From an uncultured Rhodospirillales bacterium (GTDB lineage: Bacteria; Pseudomonadota; Alphaproteobacteria; CACIAM-22H2): a stretch of DNA of 64,000 nucleotides. How positions within the stretch are numbered: the stretch's first letter is position 1; every line of letters starts with the position of its first letter. The stretch covers positions 64,451-128,450 of the forward strand of contig CALANV010000030.1 in the NCBI GenBank assembly GCA_937926175.1, given 5' to 3'. The notes beneath the pieces are model-generated. The model searched no databases and was not told where the DNA came from. It was given only the letters and a program-made list of their open reading frames with translations. Below, piece after piece: positions 20,233 through 29,930 of this stretch. The position numbers and the translations under genes were made by a program.

Positions 20233-20940
20233 ATGGCAGCAGGTCCCGAAATCTACCGTCGTATCTACGACAACTTCCGCGCGGCGATCTCGCGCTACGA
20301 CTGCGGACAGAAATGCGCGCCCCACAACAACGGCGAGCCCGTGTGCTGCACGACCAAGCACGCGGTGCCGATCGTCGACAAGGGCGAATGGAAGCTGTTG
20401 CGGTCACGCACCAAGCTGTGGCGGCCGTACAAGCCGCAGGATGCCGCGGGTCGCGAGATCGTTTCGACACTGCACAAGGACTGCAAGGCCGTCGAATGCA
20501 AGGGCGCCCGCTTCTGCGAGCGCGACAATCGTTCGATGTCGTGCCGTACCTTCCCCTTCTTCCCGTACTTCACCCGCGCGCGGGAGTTCGTCGGACTCGC
20601 CTATTACTGGACCTTCGAGGACCGCTGCTGGATCATGAGCAACCTGCAGGTCGTCGATCGCGAATTCATCCGCGAATTCATTGATGCCTATGAACTGCTG
20701 TTCCAGTACGACGAGGACGAGAAGGAAGGTTTGATCGAACACTCCGCCTATATGCGACGGGTGTTCACGCGCTGGAACCGCATCATTCCGCTCATCGGGC
20801 GCGACGGCGGCTATCTGGCGGTCGAGCCGCGCACCCATGTCATCCGGCCCGCGCGCCTCGAGGAGTTCGAACGCCACGGACCGTACAAGGACGAGCCGCC
20901 CGTTCCCGCCACGCCGCCCATATCAGCGGCTGCCGAATAG
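20233..20940 (+). CDS. conserved hypothetical cysteine-rich protein, a possible metal-binding or Fe-S protein
   Basis: The ORF track starts at 20137. The better start is the ATG at 20233 (MAAGPEIYRR). The Cys pattern is CGQKC-x9-CC ... C-x4-C-x5-C ... C. I could not confidently recognise a family. Confidence 0.5.
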   Translation: MAAGPEIYRRIYDNFRAAISRYDCGQKCAPHNNGEPVCCTTKHAVPIVDKGEWKLLRSRTKLWRPYKPQDAAGREIVSTLHKDCKAVECKGARFCERDNRSMSCRTFPFFPYFTRAREFVGLAYYWTFEDRCWIMSNLQVVDREFIREFIDAYELLFQYDEDEKEGLIEHSAYMRRVFTRWNRIIPLIGRDGGYLAVEPRTHVIRPARLEEFERHGPYKDEPPVPATPPISAAAE

Positions 20941-21213
20941 GCCGCTGCCAAAAGGAAGTTAAGCGCCTGCCGGCGCCCTGTCCCGTGTCGCCCGATTGCC
21001 GAATTCCGACGGTAGCGTCGGACGGGCACATGACGGCGTTTCTCATCATCGTGTCCAGTATCCAGGAACCGCCACGGCCCCGTTGACGCCCCGGCGGGCC
21101 AACGACCCGGTTCGCGCCGCCGTTCCGCATGCACGCGCCCCGATGCGGGCACCGCAGCAGTCAGCGCGGAACCGTTCAGCTCGTTTCCCCGTTGTTCGGT
21201 CGAGGAGGGATTC

Positions 21214-21447
21214 ATGATTCGACTCGCATCTCTCGTCGGCCTTGCCGTGCTGTCAGCCTGCGCCGCCATCGGCACGCAGAAGGTCAGCGGCAACGAGGAC
21301 CGGGTGACGTTGACGGCGGCCGATCAGGGTCTGGCCCAGCGCCATTGCGAAGCCTATGGCCGGGACGCGGTGAACATGGGCCAGACCGACGGCGGACGCG
21401 TCATCTATGCCTGCCGGCCGCGCGCACGGTCGGGTTCAGGTACGTAA
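21214..21447 (+). CDS. small lipoprotein
   Basis: Strong RBS (GAGGAGGG). The signal peptide carries a lipobox (LAVLSAC). 77 aa. Confidence 0.5.
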   Translation: MIRLASLVGLAVLSACAAIGTQKVSGNEDRVTLTAADQGLAQRHCEAYGRDAVNMGQTDGGRVIYACRPRARSGSGT

Positions 21448-22188
21448 GGCGGATCCGCCCGCGAACAGGAAGGTTCCGAGCAGCAGCCAGCGCCGTGCCG
21501 TCCGCGCACGTCCGCGCTTTGCGACGAGCGGCGTTGTGTAGTGCCAGAACGGCAGCCGGTAGACGTTGATCGTGCCGGGCCCGCCGACATTCACCATTTC
21601 GGTGAAATGGCCGTCGCGCGCATAGACGAGATACTGGTGCGCGACGTCAGCGTTGCTCAGGCTCACATGAAGATCGATATACCCGGCCGCAGCGCGCGGA
21701 TCTTCCGGGTGATGGTCGGTATGCGGTCCGGCATAATCGCCAGGACCGTAACAGAGAACCTGCTGCCCGAAAGCGCGGTCGAGCGCGCGGCCGGCAAGCA
21801 TCTCGGCAAAGGCGCGGAAGGTACCCGACCGCATCATCGCGATGAGGCCGACCGCCTCGGCGGCGCGCCAAGCGCGGGAGCCGCGGCGCTCAAGATAGGC
21901 GGTCCGCGCGCGGAACGTCTTCGGCAGGCGTTCCTGGTAATTGCGCGTCTGGTTCCAGATCGAGCCCGGCGGGATCTCCGCGGCTAGCGGCGAAAGGTGC
22001 GGATAGAGATGCCGGTCCAGCAGGCGGAGCACGGCGCGCGCCTTGTCGGGATCGATCGCACCGGTGATCGAAACGAAGTACCGGGCCGGATCGGCTAGCG
22101 CCCCTTTGAGGACCGGATCGCGCCCGTCGAGAATGCGCCGCCCCTTGCGCGTCAACAGATCCGCGAATTCGCGTGGGAGTTTGTCCAT
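21436..22188 (-). CDS. hypothetical protein, possibly a 2OG-Fe(II) oxygenase-like (PhyH/PKHD-type)
   Basis: 250 aa. It has an HxD motif (HTDHH) and a distal His (FWHY), consistent with a 2-His-1-carboxylate facial triad. The assignment is tentative. Confidence 0.4.
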   Translation of the reverse strand: MDKLPREFADLLTRKGRRILDGRDPVLKGALADPARYFVSITGAIDPDKARAVLRLLDRHLYPHLSPLAAEIPPGSIWNQTRNYQERLPKTFRARTAYLERRGSRAWRAAEAVGLIAMMRSGTFRAFAEMLAGRALDRAFGQQVLCYGPGDYAGPHTDHHPEDPRAAAGYIDLHVSLSNADVAHQYLVYARDGHFTEMVNVGGPGTINVYRLPFWHYTTPLVAKRGRARTARRWLLLGTFLFAGGSALRT

Positions 22189-22344
22189 GCCGGGAACATA
22201 GCCGCATCGCCGGCGGGTGGATAGACGGCCGCGCCCGCTCTATAGTCCCGGCCCGCATCGGAGGAAACGAAGGAGCGTCACCTGTCGACGATCGAGCAGC
22301 GCGCCGGGGCGCGGTCGGGCAGCGAGCACACGGCCTATGCGCTG

Positions 22345-23211
22345 ATGGCCGTCACGCCGGCCATGCTCTGCAGCAACATGCTGGCCGCGCGCAGCACCGC
22401 GGACACGATTCCACCCGTGGCGCTGGCATTCTGGCGCTGGACGCTCGTCGTGCTCATACTGCTGCCGGTCGTCGTCATGCCGCTGTGGCACGCGCGCAAG
22501 GCGTTGCGGCGCGAGTTGCCGGATCTGCTCCTGCTCGGGGCGCTCGGCATGGGCGTGTGCGGCGCGGTCGTCTATCTCGGCGCCCAGACGACGACCGCCA
22601 CCAATATCGGCCTGATCTACGCCGCCTCGCCGGTGCTGATCATTGTGCTCGCGCGCGCGCTCTACGGCGAGGCGATGTCGCGCCGCCAGGGTATCGGCGT
22701 CGCCCTGTCGCTCATCGGCGTGGTCACGATCGTCGCGCGCGGCGATCTCGGCGTGCTGCTCGATCTGCGCTTCACACCCGGCGACCTGTGCATCGTCGCG
22801 GCCGCGATCGCCTGGGCCGTCTACACGGTCCTGCTCCTGCACCGGCCGACGGCGCTTGCCGCGACACCCCGGTTCGCCGCGATCGCGCTCGCCGGCGTCG
22901 TCGTGATGCTCCCCTTCCTCATTCTCGAAGCGGCGCTCGGTTACGTGCCGCGGCTGGACATGTACACGGCCGGCTGGGTTCTGTTCGTCGCCGTCGTGCC
23001 CGGAATTGGCGCGTACCAGACCTATGCGTATGTCCAGCGCCAGCTCGGCGCGAATCGGACATCGTTGATCATGTACCTGGTCCCGATCTACAACGCCGTG
23101 CTTGCCTGGCTTCTCTTGGGCGAGACGTTGCAGGTGTATCACTACGCCGGCGCCGCACTGGTCCTGCCCGGCATCTATCTCGCCACCCGCAGGCCGACCG
23201 CCACGTCATGA
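22345..23211 (+). CDS. DMT superfamily transporter (EamA/RarD-like)
   Basis: About 10 TM helices in two EamA repeats (ALAFWRW..., ...LVPIYNAVLAWLLLGE). Confidence 0.8.
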   Translation: MAVTPAMLCSNMLAARSTADTIPPVALAFWRWTLVVLILLPVVVMPLWHARKALRRELPDLLLLGALGMGVCGAVVYLGAQTTTATNIGLIYAASPVLIIVLARALYGEAMSRRQGIGVALSLIGVVTIVARGDLGVLLDLRFTPGDLCIVAAAIAWAVYTVLLLHRPTALAATPRFAAIALAGVVVMLPFLILEAALGYVPRLDMYTAGWVLFVAVVPGIGAYQTYAYVQRQLGANRTSLIMYLVPIYNAVLAWLLLGETLQVYHYAGAALVLPGIYLATRRPTATS

Positions 23212-23253
23212 GCATGGTGGCCCAGGCCTCTTCCGCATAGGATCGCCGCCGCA

Positions 23254-24762
23254 ATGCCATACGCCTCGCTTCGCGATTTCATCGCCCGGCTCGAGCGCGA
23301 GGGCAGCCTCGTCCGCGTTCGCGAACCGGTGTCGACCGTGCTCGAGATGACCGAGATCCAGACGCGGCTGCTTGCCGAAAAGGGACCCGCCGTCCTGTTC
23401 GAACATGCGCTGAAGGCGGATGGCACGCGATCGGACATACCGGTTCTCGTCAATCTCTTCGGCACGGTCGAACGCGTCGCGCTCGGCATGGACCGCACGC
23501 CCGACCGCCTGCGCGAGGTCGGCGAAACCCTCGCCTTCCTGCGCCAGCCTGAACCGCCGGGCGGTTGGCGCGAGGCGCTGGAGCTGCTGCCGCTGGCCAA
23601 GACGGTCCTGGCGATGAAGCCGAAGACGGTCGCCACGGCGCCGTGCCAGGAGGTCGTCCTAACCGGCGCCGAGATCAATCTCGGCCTGCTGCCGGTGCAG
23701 ACCTGCTGGCCGGGCGAGCCCGCGCCGCTCATCACCTGGCCGCTGGTCGTGACGCGCGGCCCCGGCAACCGCCGCGAGGACGACTTCAATCTCGGCATCT
23801 ACCGGATGCAGGTGACCGGGCGCGACACGACGCTGATGCGCTGGCTGCGTCACCGCGGCGGCGCGCAGCACCATGCCCGCTGGTCGCGGGAGCGGCGCGA
23901 GCCCCTGCCGGCGGCGGCTGTGATCGGCGCCGACCCGGGAACCATCCTCGCCGCGGTCACGCCGGTCCCGGACACGCTTTCCGAATACCAGTTCGCCGGG
24001 CTGCTGCGTGGACGCCGGGTGGAGCTCGTCGACTGCAAGACCGTGCCCCTGAAGGTGCCGGCCGAGGCCGAGATCGTCATCGAGGGACACGTGTCGCTCG
24101 ACGAGTACGGCGACGAAGGGCCCTTCGGCGACCACACCGGCTATTACAACGCGGTCGAGAAGTTCCCGGTCTTCCGCGTCAGCGCCATCACCATGCGGCG
24201 CGACCCGATCTACCTCTCGACCTTCACCGGGCGCCCGCCCGACGAGCCCTCGGTGCTGGGCGAGGCGCTCAACGAAGTGTTCATCCCCCTCCTGCGGCAG
24301 CAGTTTCCGGAAATCGTCGATTTCTGGCTACCGCCCGAAGGGTGTTCGTACCGGATCGCGGTCGTGTCCATGCGCAAGGCGTATCCGGGTCACGCCAAGC
24401 GGGTCATGATGGGCGTGTGGTCCTATTTGCGGCAGTTCATGTACACGAAGTGGGTCATCGTCGTGGACGATGACATCGACGCCCGCGACTGGAAGGACGT
24501 GATGTGGGCGATTTCGACGCGGATGGATCCGGCCCGCGACATCACCGTGATCGAGAACACCCCGATCGACTATCTGGATTTCGCCAGCCCGGAGTCGGGC
24601 CTCGGCTCCAAGATCGGGCTCGATGCCACCAACAAATGGCCGCCGGAGACCAAGCGGGAATGGGGCACAAAGTTGCGCATGAGCGACGAGGTCATCCGGA
24701 CCGTCTCGGAGAAATGGCCGCGCCTCGGCCTGCCCGGTTCAGGCAAGCCGATCTGGAAGTGA
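23254..24762 (+). CDS. ubiD: UbiD-family decarboxylase (4-hydroxy-3-polyprenylbenzoate decarboxylase)
   Basis: 502 aa with the UbiD N-terminus ([22 protein letters not shown]) and the conserved metal/prFMN-binding region (FGDHTGYY). Confidence 0.9.
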   Translation: MPYASLRDFIARLEREGSLVRVREPVSTVLEMTEIQTRLLAEKGPAVLFEHALKADGTRSDIPVLVNLFGTVERVALGMDRTPDRLREVGETLAFLRQPEPPGGWREALELLPLAKTVLAMKPKTVATAPCQEVVLTGAEINLGLLPVQTCWPGEPAPLITWPLVVTRGPGNRREDDFNLGIYRMQVTGRDTTLMRWLRHRGGAQHHARWSRERREPLPAAAVIGADPGTILAAVTPVPDTLSEYQFAGLLRGRRVELVDCKTVPLKVPAEAEIVIEGHVSLDEYGDEGPFGDHTGYYNAVEKFPVFRVSAITMRRDPIYLSTFTGRPPDEPSVLGEALNEVFIPLLRQQFPEIVDFWLPPEGCSYRIAVVSMRKAYPGHAKRVMMGVWSYLRQFMYTKWVIVVDDDIDARDWKDVMWAISTRMDPARDITVIENTPIDYLDFASPESGLGSKIGLDATNKWPPETKREWGTKLRMSDEVIRTVSEKWPRLGLPGSGKPIWK

Positions 24763-24916
24763 GTAAGGAGAGACCGGCCCGGCACGCCGGGATCGGCCTC
24801 TCGGTGCGGCGGCGTATCGGATGACGGCGAAACAAGTCGTGCAACCTCGAGAATGGCGGCCGACGCAGGCGATCTTTAGTGCATCGTTTACCATTTTGCG
24901 CGCATAATACCCTAAG

Positions 24917-25426
24917 TTGAGTCTCGCGCGCGCCGTAGGTTTCATGCGAAACGTCCTTCTCTGTGCGGCAGGCGCGCTCGCCGGAGCGCTCGCCGCCGTT
25001 TCCGTTCTGACCGTCTCCGTCGCCTCCCACGAGAGCCGGTTCGTGCCGATGCTGGGCGACGACGTCGTCATCCACATCATGGGCATCGCGCAACGGCATC
25101 TGCCCGAGGGACGCGCCGAGGCGACAACAGCGTCGGACCACCAACTGCCACCGATCACGCTCGAGGACGGACGCTACGTCGTCGACATCGCGGCCGCATC
25201 GGCGGCGGCGGCCTGGTGCGGTCTCGACTGGCAGGAAGGCAACTTCCGGCCGATGATGGCGCTGGAGCGGGCGAAAGGTACCCGGAACGAAAAAGCGCTC
25301 GCCTATATCGACGTCCTGCACGGCGTGGCGATGAACCTGTTCGAGACCGATCTGCGCAGTGCCGGCGCCTGCTCGGAACGCCGGCGCGCCGAAGTGGCAC
25401 AGTTCATTGCCGAGCGCTGGAACTGA
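24917..25426 (+). CDS. hypothetical secreted protein
   Basis: N-terminal signal peptide (LLCAAGALAGALAAVSVLT). No recognisable domain. Confidence 0.45.
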   Translation: MSLARAVGFMRNVLLCAAGALAGALAAVSVLTVSVASHESRFVPMLGDDVVIHIMGIAQRHLPEGRAEATTASDHQLPPITLEDGRYVVDIAAASAAAAWCGLDWQEGNFRPMMALERAKGTRNEKALAYIDVLHGVAMNLFETDLRSAGACSERRRAEVAQFIAERWN

Positions 25427-25543
25427 CGCCCCCGTCGCCGTCCCGTCCGCAGCACCTAGCCAACCCGGGCCCCCTCCCCGTTCGCACCACGTGGTTGCGC
25501 AAAGGCAGCGCGGTCCCGCACCCTGTCGGTCGAGGAGACCGCC

Positions 25544-26629
25544 ATGGAACGGATCGTGCGATGTCTTTGTCTGCTGGCCGGTCTTGTGGCCGCACTGGCG
25601 CCCTATGGACCGGCGCATGCCGCGATGTACCGTGCCGCCCCGCAGGTCGACATCACCGACGAGGTGCCCGGTGACGTGTTCGCCGCCGGCGCCCGTGTGC
25701 GTATCGACGCGGCCGTGCGCGGCAGCGCGTTCGCGGCCGGCGCCCGTGTCGAGGTGCACGGACGAGTCCGCGACGCTGTTCGCGTTGCCGCCGGCGATCT
25801 CGCGATCGCGGCCCAGATCGGCGGCGACCTGACGGCCGTCGGCGGCACCATCCGCATCGCACCCGAAACGCACGTGGCCGGAGCGGCGTGGCTTGCCGGC
25901 GGCCATGTCGATGTCGCCGGATGGACCGCCGCCAACCTGTACATTGCCGCCGCATCGATCGCGGTCTCGGGCGAGATCCTCGGCGATGTCGAGCTTGCCG
26001 CCGCGTCGATCGACATCGGTCCCGGCGCTGTCATTCGCGGCCGGCTCGTGTACCGAAGCAGCACGCCGGCGCGCATCGATCCCGCGGCGCGTATCGAGGG
26101 CGAGATCGTCCAGCAGCCGGGTATTAGCGATGCCGCCCGACATTTCGCCGATAGCGCCATTGCGACGCTGCGGATCGCATGGCTGGCCGGTCTTGCCGTG
26201 ATCGGCACGATGCTCGCGGTGCTGTTCCCGGACTTCATGGCCGATGCCGCGCGCACGATCGGCCGGGCGCCGGTCCGCAGCTTTCTGGTGGGGTTCGCGG
26301 TGCTGGCTGCCACACCAGTCGCGGCCGTCCTCGCGCTCGTGTCGGTGCTCGGGATTCCGCTCGCGCTCGGACTCCTCGCCTGCTACGGCCTGTCGCTGGT
26401 CTTCGGTCATCTGACGTCGGCCTTCTTCCTGGGCGACGCGATGCTCCGCGTCGTCCGCCGGCAGACGACGGCAACGTCGTGGCGGCTCGGCGCGCTGATG
26501 CTCGCGCTGATCGGGCTCGCATTCCTGCAGTCCTTGCCCTGGATCGGCGGGTTCGTGCTGTTTGCGGCGATCGTGTTCGGGCTCGGCGCGGCCTATGTCC
26601 AGCTGTGGGAGCGCTATATGCGGGCATGA
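25544..26629 (+). CDS. membrane-anchored polymer-forming (bactofilin-like beta-helix) protein
   Basis: Signal peptide, followed by about eight 17-18-aa repeats of the type V.GDv.A.Ga.V.i (GDVFAAGARVRIDAAVRGSAFAAGARVEVHGRVRD...). The C-terminal region has 4-5 TM helices. Confidence 0.6.
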   Translation: MERIVRCLCLLAGLVAALAPYGPAHAAMYRAAPQVDITDEVPGDVFAAGARVRIDAAVRGSAFAAGARVEVHGRVRDAVRVAAGDLAIAAQIGGDLTAVGGTIRIAPETHVAGAAWLAGGHVDVAGWTAANLYIAAASIAVSGEILGDVELAAASIDIGPGAVIRGRLVYRSSTPARIDPAARIEGEIVQQPGISDAARHFADSAIATLRIAWLAGLAVIGTMLAVLFPDFMADAARTIGRAPVRSFLVGFAVLAATPVAAVLALVSVLGIPLALGLLACYGLSLVFGHLTSAFFLGDAMLRVVRRQTTATSWRLGALMLALIGLAFLQSLPWIGGFVLFAAIVFGLGAAYVQLWERYMRA

Positions 26630-26726
26630 CGGCCGGTCGATTCAGCGGGGGCGTCACCCGCCGCAGATCAGATGCCGAAATGTCCGCCGTCGCATCATGC
26701 CGGGCCATCGGCTAGCATTGTCGCGC

Positions 26727-27572
26727 ATGGCAGATTTCCTGATCGGACACGAGAACCTCGTCCGCGGTAGCGTCTTCGTTGGCCTGCTCACGGCCATGGG
26801 CCTGTGGGAGACGCTGGCGCCACGCCGTGCTCTGACGGCGCCGCGCGGATTCCGGTGGGTCAACAATCTCGCGCTCGTCGCGGTCGAAGCGGTCGTTCTG
26901 CGCCTGGGATTTCCGATGCTGGCCGTCGCGTTCGCCGGCCTCGCGCAGCAACGGGGCTGGGGATTCTTCAACCAGGTCGGCGCGCCGGGCTGGCTTGCGG
27001 TGCTCGTGTCGTTCCTTGTCCTCGATCTCGTCATCTACGCGCAGCACCGGCTGTTCCATGCCGTCCCGGTCCTGTGGCGGCTCCACATGGTCCACCATGC
27101 CGATCCGGACCTGGATACGAGCACCGGGATCCGCTTTCACCCCGTCGAGATCGCCTTGTCGATGCTGATCAAGTTCGCGGCGGTGGCGCTCATCGGCGCG
27201 CCCGCGGTCGCGGTCCTGCTGTTCGAGGTCGTGCTGAACGGCAGCTCGATCTTCAATCACGCCAATGTGCGCATTCCGCCGACGGTCGACCGCTGGCTGC
27301 GCCGTCTGGTGGTGACGCCGGACATGCATCGCGTCCATCACTCGGTGGCCGTGGCCGAGACCAACAGCAATTTCGGTTTCAACTTCCCGTGGTGGGACCG
27401 GTTGTTCGGCACCTACCGTGCCCAGCCCCGCGAAGGTCACGAGGCGATGACGATCGGCCTGGCGCAGTTCCAGGACCGGCGCCGCCAGGGACTGGGCTGG
27501 ATGCTGATGCTTCCCGTCGTCGGCAGGACCGGCCTTTATCCGCGGCGGTCGGTTCCCGATTCCGCCGGTTAA
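26727..27572 (+). CDS. sterol desaturase / fatty acid hydroxylase superfamily membrane protein
   Basis: His boxes are present (HRLFH, HMVHHAD, HRVHHS) with multiple TM helices. Confidence 0.8.
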   Translation: MADFLIGHENLVRGSVFVGLLTAMGLWETLAPRRALTAPRGFRWVNNLALVAVEAVVLRLGFPMLAVAFAGLAQQRGWGFFNQVGAPGWLAVLVSFLVLDLVIYAQHRLFHAVPVLWRLHMVHHADPDLDTSTGIRFHPVEIALSMLIKFAAVALIGAPAVAVLLFEVVLNGSSIFNHANVRIPPTVDRWLRRLVVTPDMHRVHHSVAVAETNSNFGFNFPWWDRLFGTYRAQPREGHEAMTIGLAQFQDRRRQGLGWMLMLPVVGRTGLYPRRSVPDSAG

Positions 27573-27648
27573 CGTGCTCCGGCCCGGTCGTTATAGTGCC
27601 GGCTCGTCCGTCTCATCGCCCTCAACATCTGCCCAGCCGGGAGACACC

Positions 27649-28995
27649 ATGGCCACGCTGGTCGAAAACAACCTCGACTTCCTGACCGATCTGATCGCCC
27701 GCGCGAAACGCGCCGGCGCCGATGCCGCCGACGCGCTGTTCGTCGAAGGCATCTCGATCAGCCATGCGCGACGCCTGGGCAAGCTCGAGAAGCTCGAGCG
27801 CTCCGAAGGACAGGATCTCGGGCTGCGCGTCTTCGTCGGCAAGCGACAGGCCATCGTGTCGTCCTCGGACCGGTCGGCGCGCGCGATCGCGGAACTGATC
27901 GAGCGCGCCGTCGCGATGGCCAAGGTCGCACCGGAAGATCCGTTCTGCGGGCTGGCCGATGCCGCCGACCTCGCGCGCGACATCCCCGACCTCGACCTGT
28001 ACGATCCGGTCGAACCGACCCCGGAAACGCTCGTCGAGCGCGCCCGCGCCGCCGAAGAGACCGCGCTGGCCGTGCCCGGCATCACCAACTCCGAGGGCGC
28101 GGAAGCCGGCTGGGGTTGCTCGCGCGTCGCGCTTGCCGCCTCCAACGGCTTCGCCGCGGCCTATGCACGCTCGTCCCATAGCGTCAGCGTCTCGGTCCTG
28201 GCGGGGAGCGGGACGGCGATGGAGCGCGACTACGACTTCGCGACCGCCGTCTACGGCACCGACCTCGAGTCCCCCGAGGTGGTCGGGCGGCGCGCCGCGG
28301 AACGCACGCTGCGGCGGCTCAACCCGCGCAAGGTCGAGACCTGCAGGTGCCCCGTCATCTACGACCCGCGCGTGTCGAACGGGTTGCTGCGGCATCTCGC
28401 CGGCGCCATCAACGGCGCGGCGATCGCGCGCGGGACGAGCTTCCTGAAGACGAAGCTCGGCCAGACCGTCTTTCCCGAAGCGATCACCATCATCGACGAC
28501 CCGTTCCGCCGTCGCGGCCTCAACTCGAAGCCGGTCGATGGCGAAGGCATCGCACCCGCACGGCGCGCGATCATCGACAAGGGCGTGCTCACGACCTGGC
28601 TCCTCGACCTGCGTTCGGCGCGCCAGCTCGGGCTCAAGAGCACCGGGCACGCCGCGCGCGGCACGACCACGCCGCCGGGACCGTCGGCCACGAACCTCTA
28701 CATGGAGCCGGGCACGATCTCACGCGATGCGCTCATCCGCAGCGTCGAGCGCGGTCTCTACGTCACCGAGTTCATCGGCATGGGCGTCAACAACGTCACG
28801 GGCGACTACAGCCGCGGCGCCGCCGGCTTCTGGATCGAGAACGGCGAAATCACCTATCCGGTCAGCGAGATCACGGTGGCCGGCAACCTGCTCGAGATGT
28901 TCCGGAACATCACGGCGGCCGACGACCTTACCTTCCGTTACGGCATCGACGCCCCGACGATTCGCGTCGACGGCCTGACGGTCGCCGGACGCTGA
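27649..28995 (+). CDS. pmbA: metalloprotease PmbA/TldE (TldD/PmbA family)
   Basis: 448 aa (NLDFLTDLIARAKRAGADAADALFVEG...), TldD/PmbA fold. Confidence 0.85.
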   Translation: MATLVENNLDFLTDLIARAKRAGADAADALFVEGISISHARRLGKLEKLERSEGQDLGLRVFVGKRQAIVSSSDRSARAIAELIERAVAMAKVAPEDPFCGLADAADLARDIPDLDLYDPVEPTPETLVERARAAEETALAVPGITNSEGAEAGWGCSRVALAASNGFAAAYARSSHSVSVSVLAGSGTAMERDYDFATAVYGTDLESPEVVGRRAAERTLRRLNPRKVETCRCPVIYDPRVSNGLLRHLAGAINGAAIARGTSFLKTKLGQTVFPEAITIIDDPFRRRGLNSKPVDGEGIAPARRAIIDKGVLTTWLLDLRSARQLGLKSTGHAARGTTTPPGPSATNLYMEPGTISRDALIRSVERGLYVTEFIGMGVNNVTGDYSRGAAGFWIENGEITYPVSEITVAGNLLEMFRNITAADDLTFRYGIDAPTIRVDGLTVAGR

Positions 28996-29003
28996 CGGCG
29001 CGG

Positions 29004-29774
29004 GCTTGCGACATGTCGCTTGCCGGCAAGGTCGCGGTCGTCACCGGCGCCGGCCAGGGCATCGGCAAGGCGACCGCACTGCGGCTCGCCGAGGCCGGCA
29101 TGAAGGTTGTGATCGCCGAACGCGATGCGGAAGCGGGCCGCGAGGCCGAGGCCAAACTGCGGGGCCGCGGCGAGACGATGTTCGTGGAGACCGACGTCAC
29201 CCGCGAGGCGGACGTCAGGCGGATGATCGAGCTTGCCGGGTCGCGCTTCGGCGGGATCGACGCGCTGGTCAACAACGCGGGCATCAACATCGTGAAGCCG
29301 CTCGCCGAGCTGTCGCTCGACGAATGGCATCGCGTGATCGACACCAATCTCACCGGGTATTTCCTCTGCGCGAAATACGCGGCTCCCGCCCTGCGGGCAC
29401 GCAAGGGCGCTATCGTCAACATCGCGTCGACCCGGGCCCTGATGTCGGAGCCAAACACCGAGGCTTACGCCGCATCCAAGGGCGGCATCGTCGCGCTGAC
29501 GCATGCACTGGCCGCGAGCTTGGCGCCCGACGTGCGCGTCAACTGCATCAGCCCCGGCTGGATCGACGTGTCGAACTGGAAGAAGACTGCGGAACGGCGG
29601 CAGGCGGAACTTCGCCCCGAAGACCACGCGCAGCACCTCGTCGGCCGCGTCGGCCGGCCCGAGGACGTCGCCAATCTGGTCGCATACCTGATCGGGCCCG
29701 AGGCCGGATTCATGACCGGCGCCAACATCGTCGTCGACGGCGGCATGACCCGGAAGATGATCTACATGGAATAG
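29004..29774 (+). CDS. SDR family oxidoreductase
   Basis: TGAGQGIGKA Rossmann motif, NNAG motif, and the catalytic S...YxxxK (YAASK). Confidence 0.85.
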   Translation, partial: ACDMSLAGKVAVVTGAGQGIGKATALRLAEAGMKVVIAERDAEAGREAEAKLRGRGETMFVETDVTREADVRRMIELAGSRFGGIDALVNNAGINIVKPLAELSLDEWHRVIDTNLTGYFLCAKYAAPALRARKGAIVNIASTRALMSEPNTEAYAASKGGIVALTHALAASLAPDVRVNCISPGWIDVSNWKKTAERRQAELRPEDHAQHLVGRVGRPEDVANLVAYLIGPEAGFMTGANIVVDGGMTRKMIYME

Positions 29775-29930
29775 GCGCGTCGAGACCGCCTGTGGTTCAA
29801 CGGCAATCCGCGGCGGACGGTTGCACCCGTACGTTCGATGCGCGAGCGTCTTATAGCCCTCGACACCGACGGTCATCCCGATGGCGGCACGTCCGGCCGA
29901 ACCCGCGAGGCGATCGGCGGCTCGAACCGG

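Noticed and set aside
19897-20361. 154-aa minus-strand ORF antisense to the Cys-rich gene, and its internal 57-aa sub-ORF.
   Set aside because: The long version overlaps the Cys-rich CDS and looks like a GC artefact. Only the short distal part, which lies in the intergenic region, is mentioned as a tentative small ORF in the findings.
22173-23240. 355-aa plus-strand ORF overlapping the EamA transporter in another frame.
   Set aside because: Arg/Ala-rich low-complexity translation. The alternative frame (22345..23211) gives a clean 10-TM EamA-family protein.
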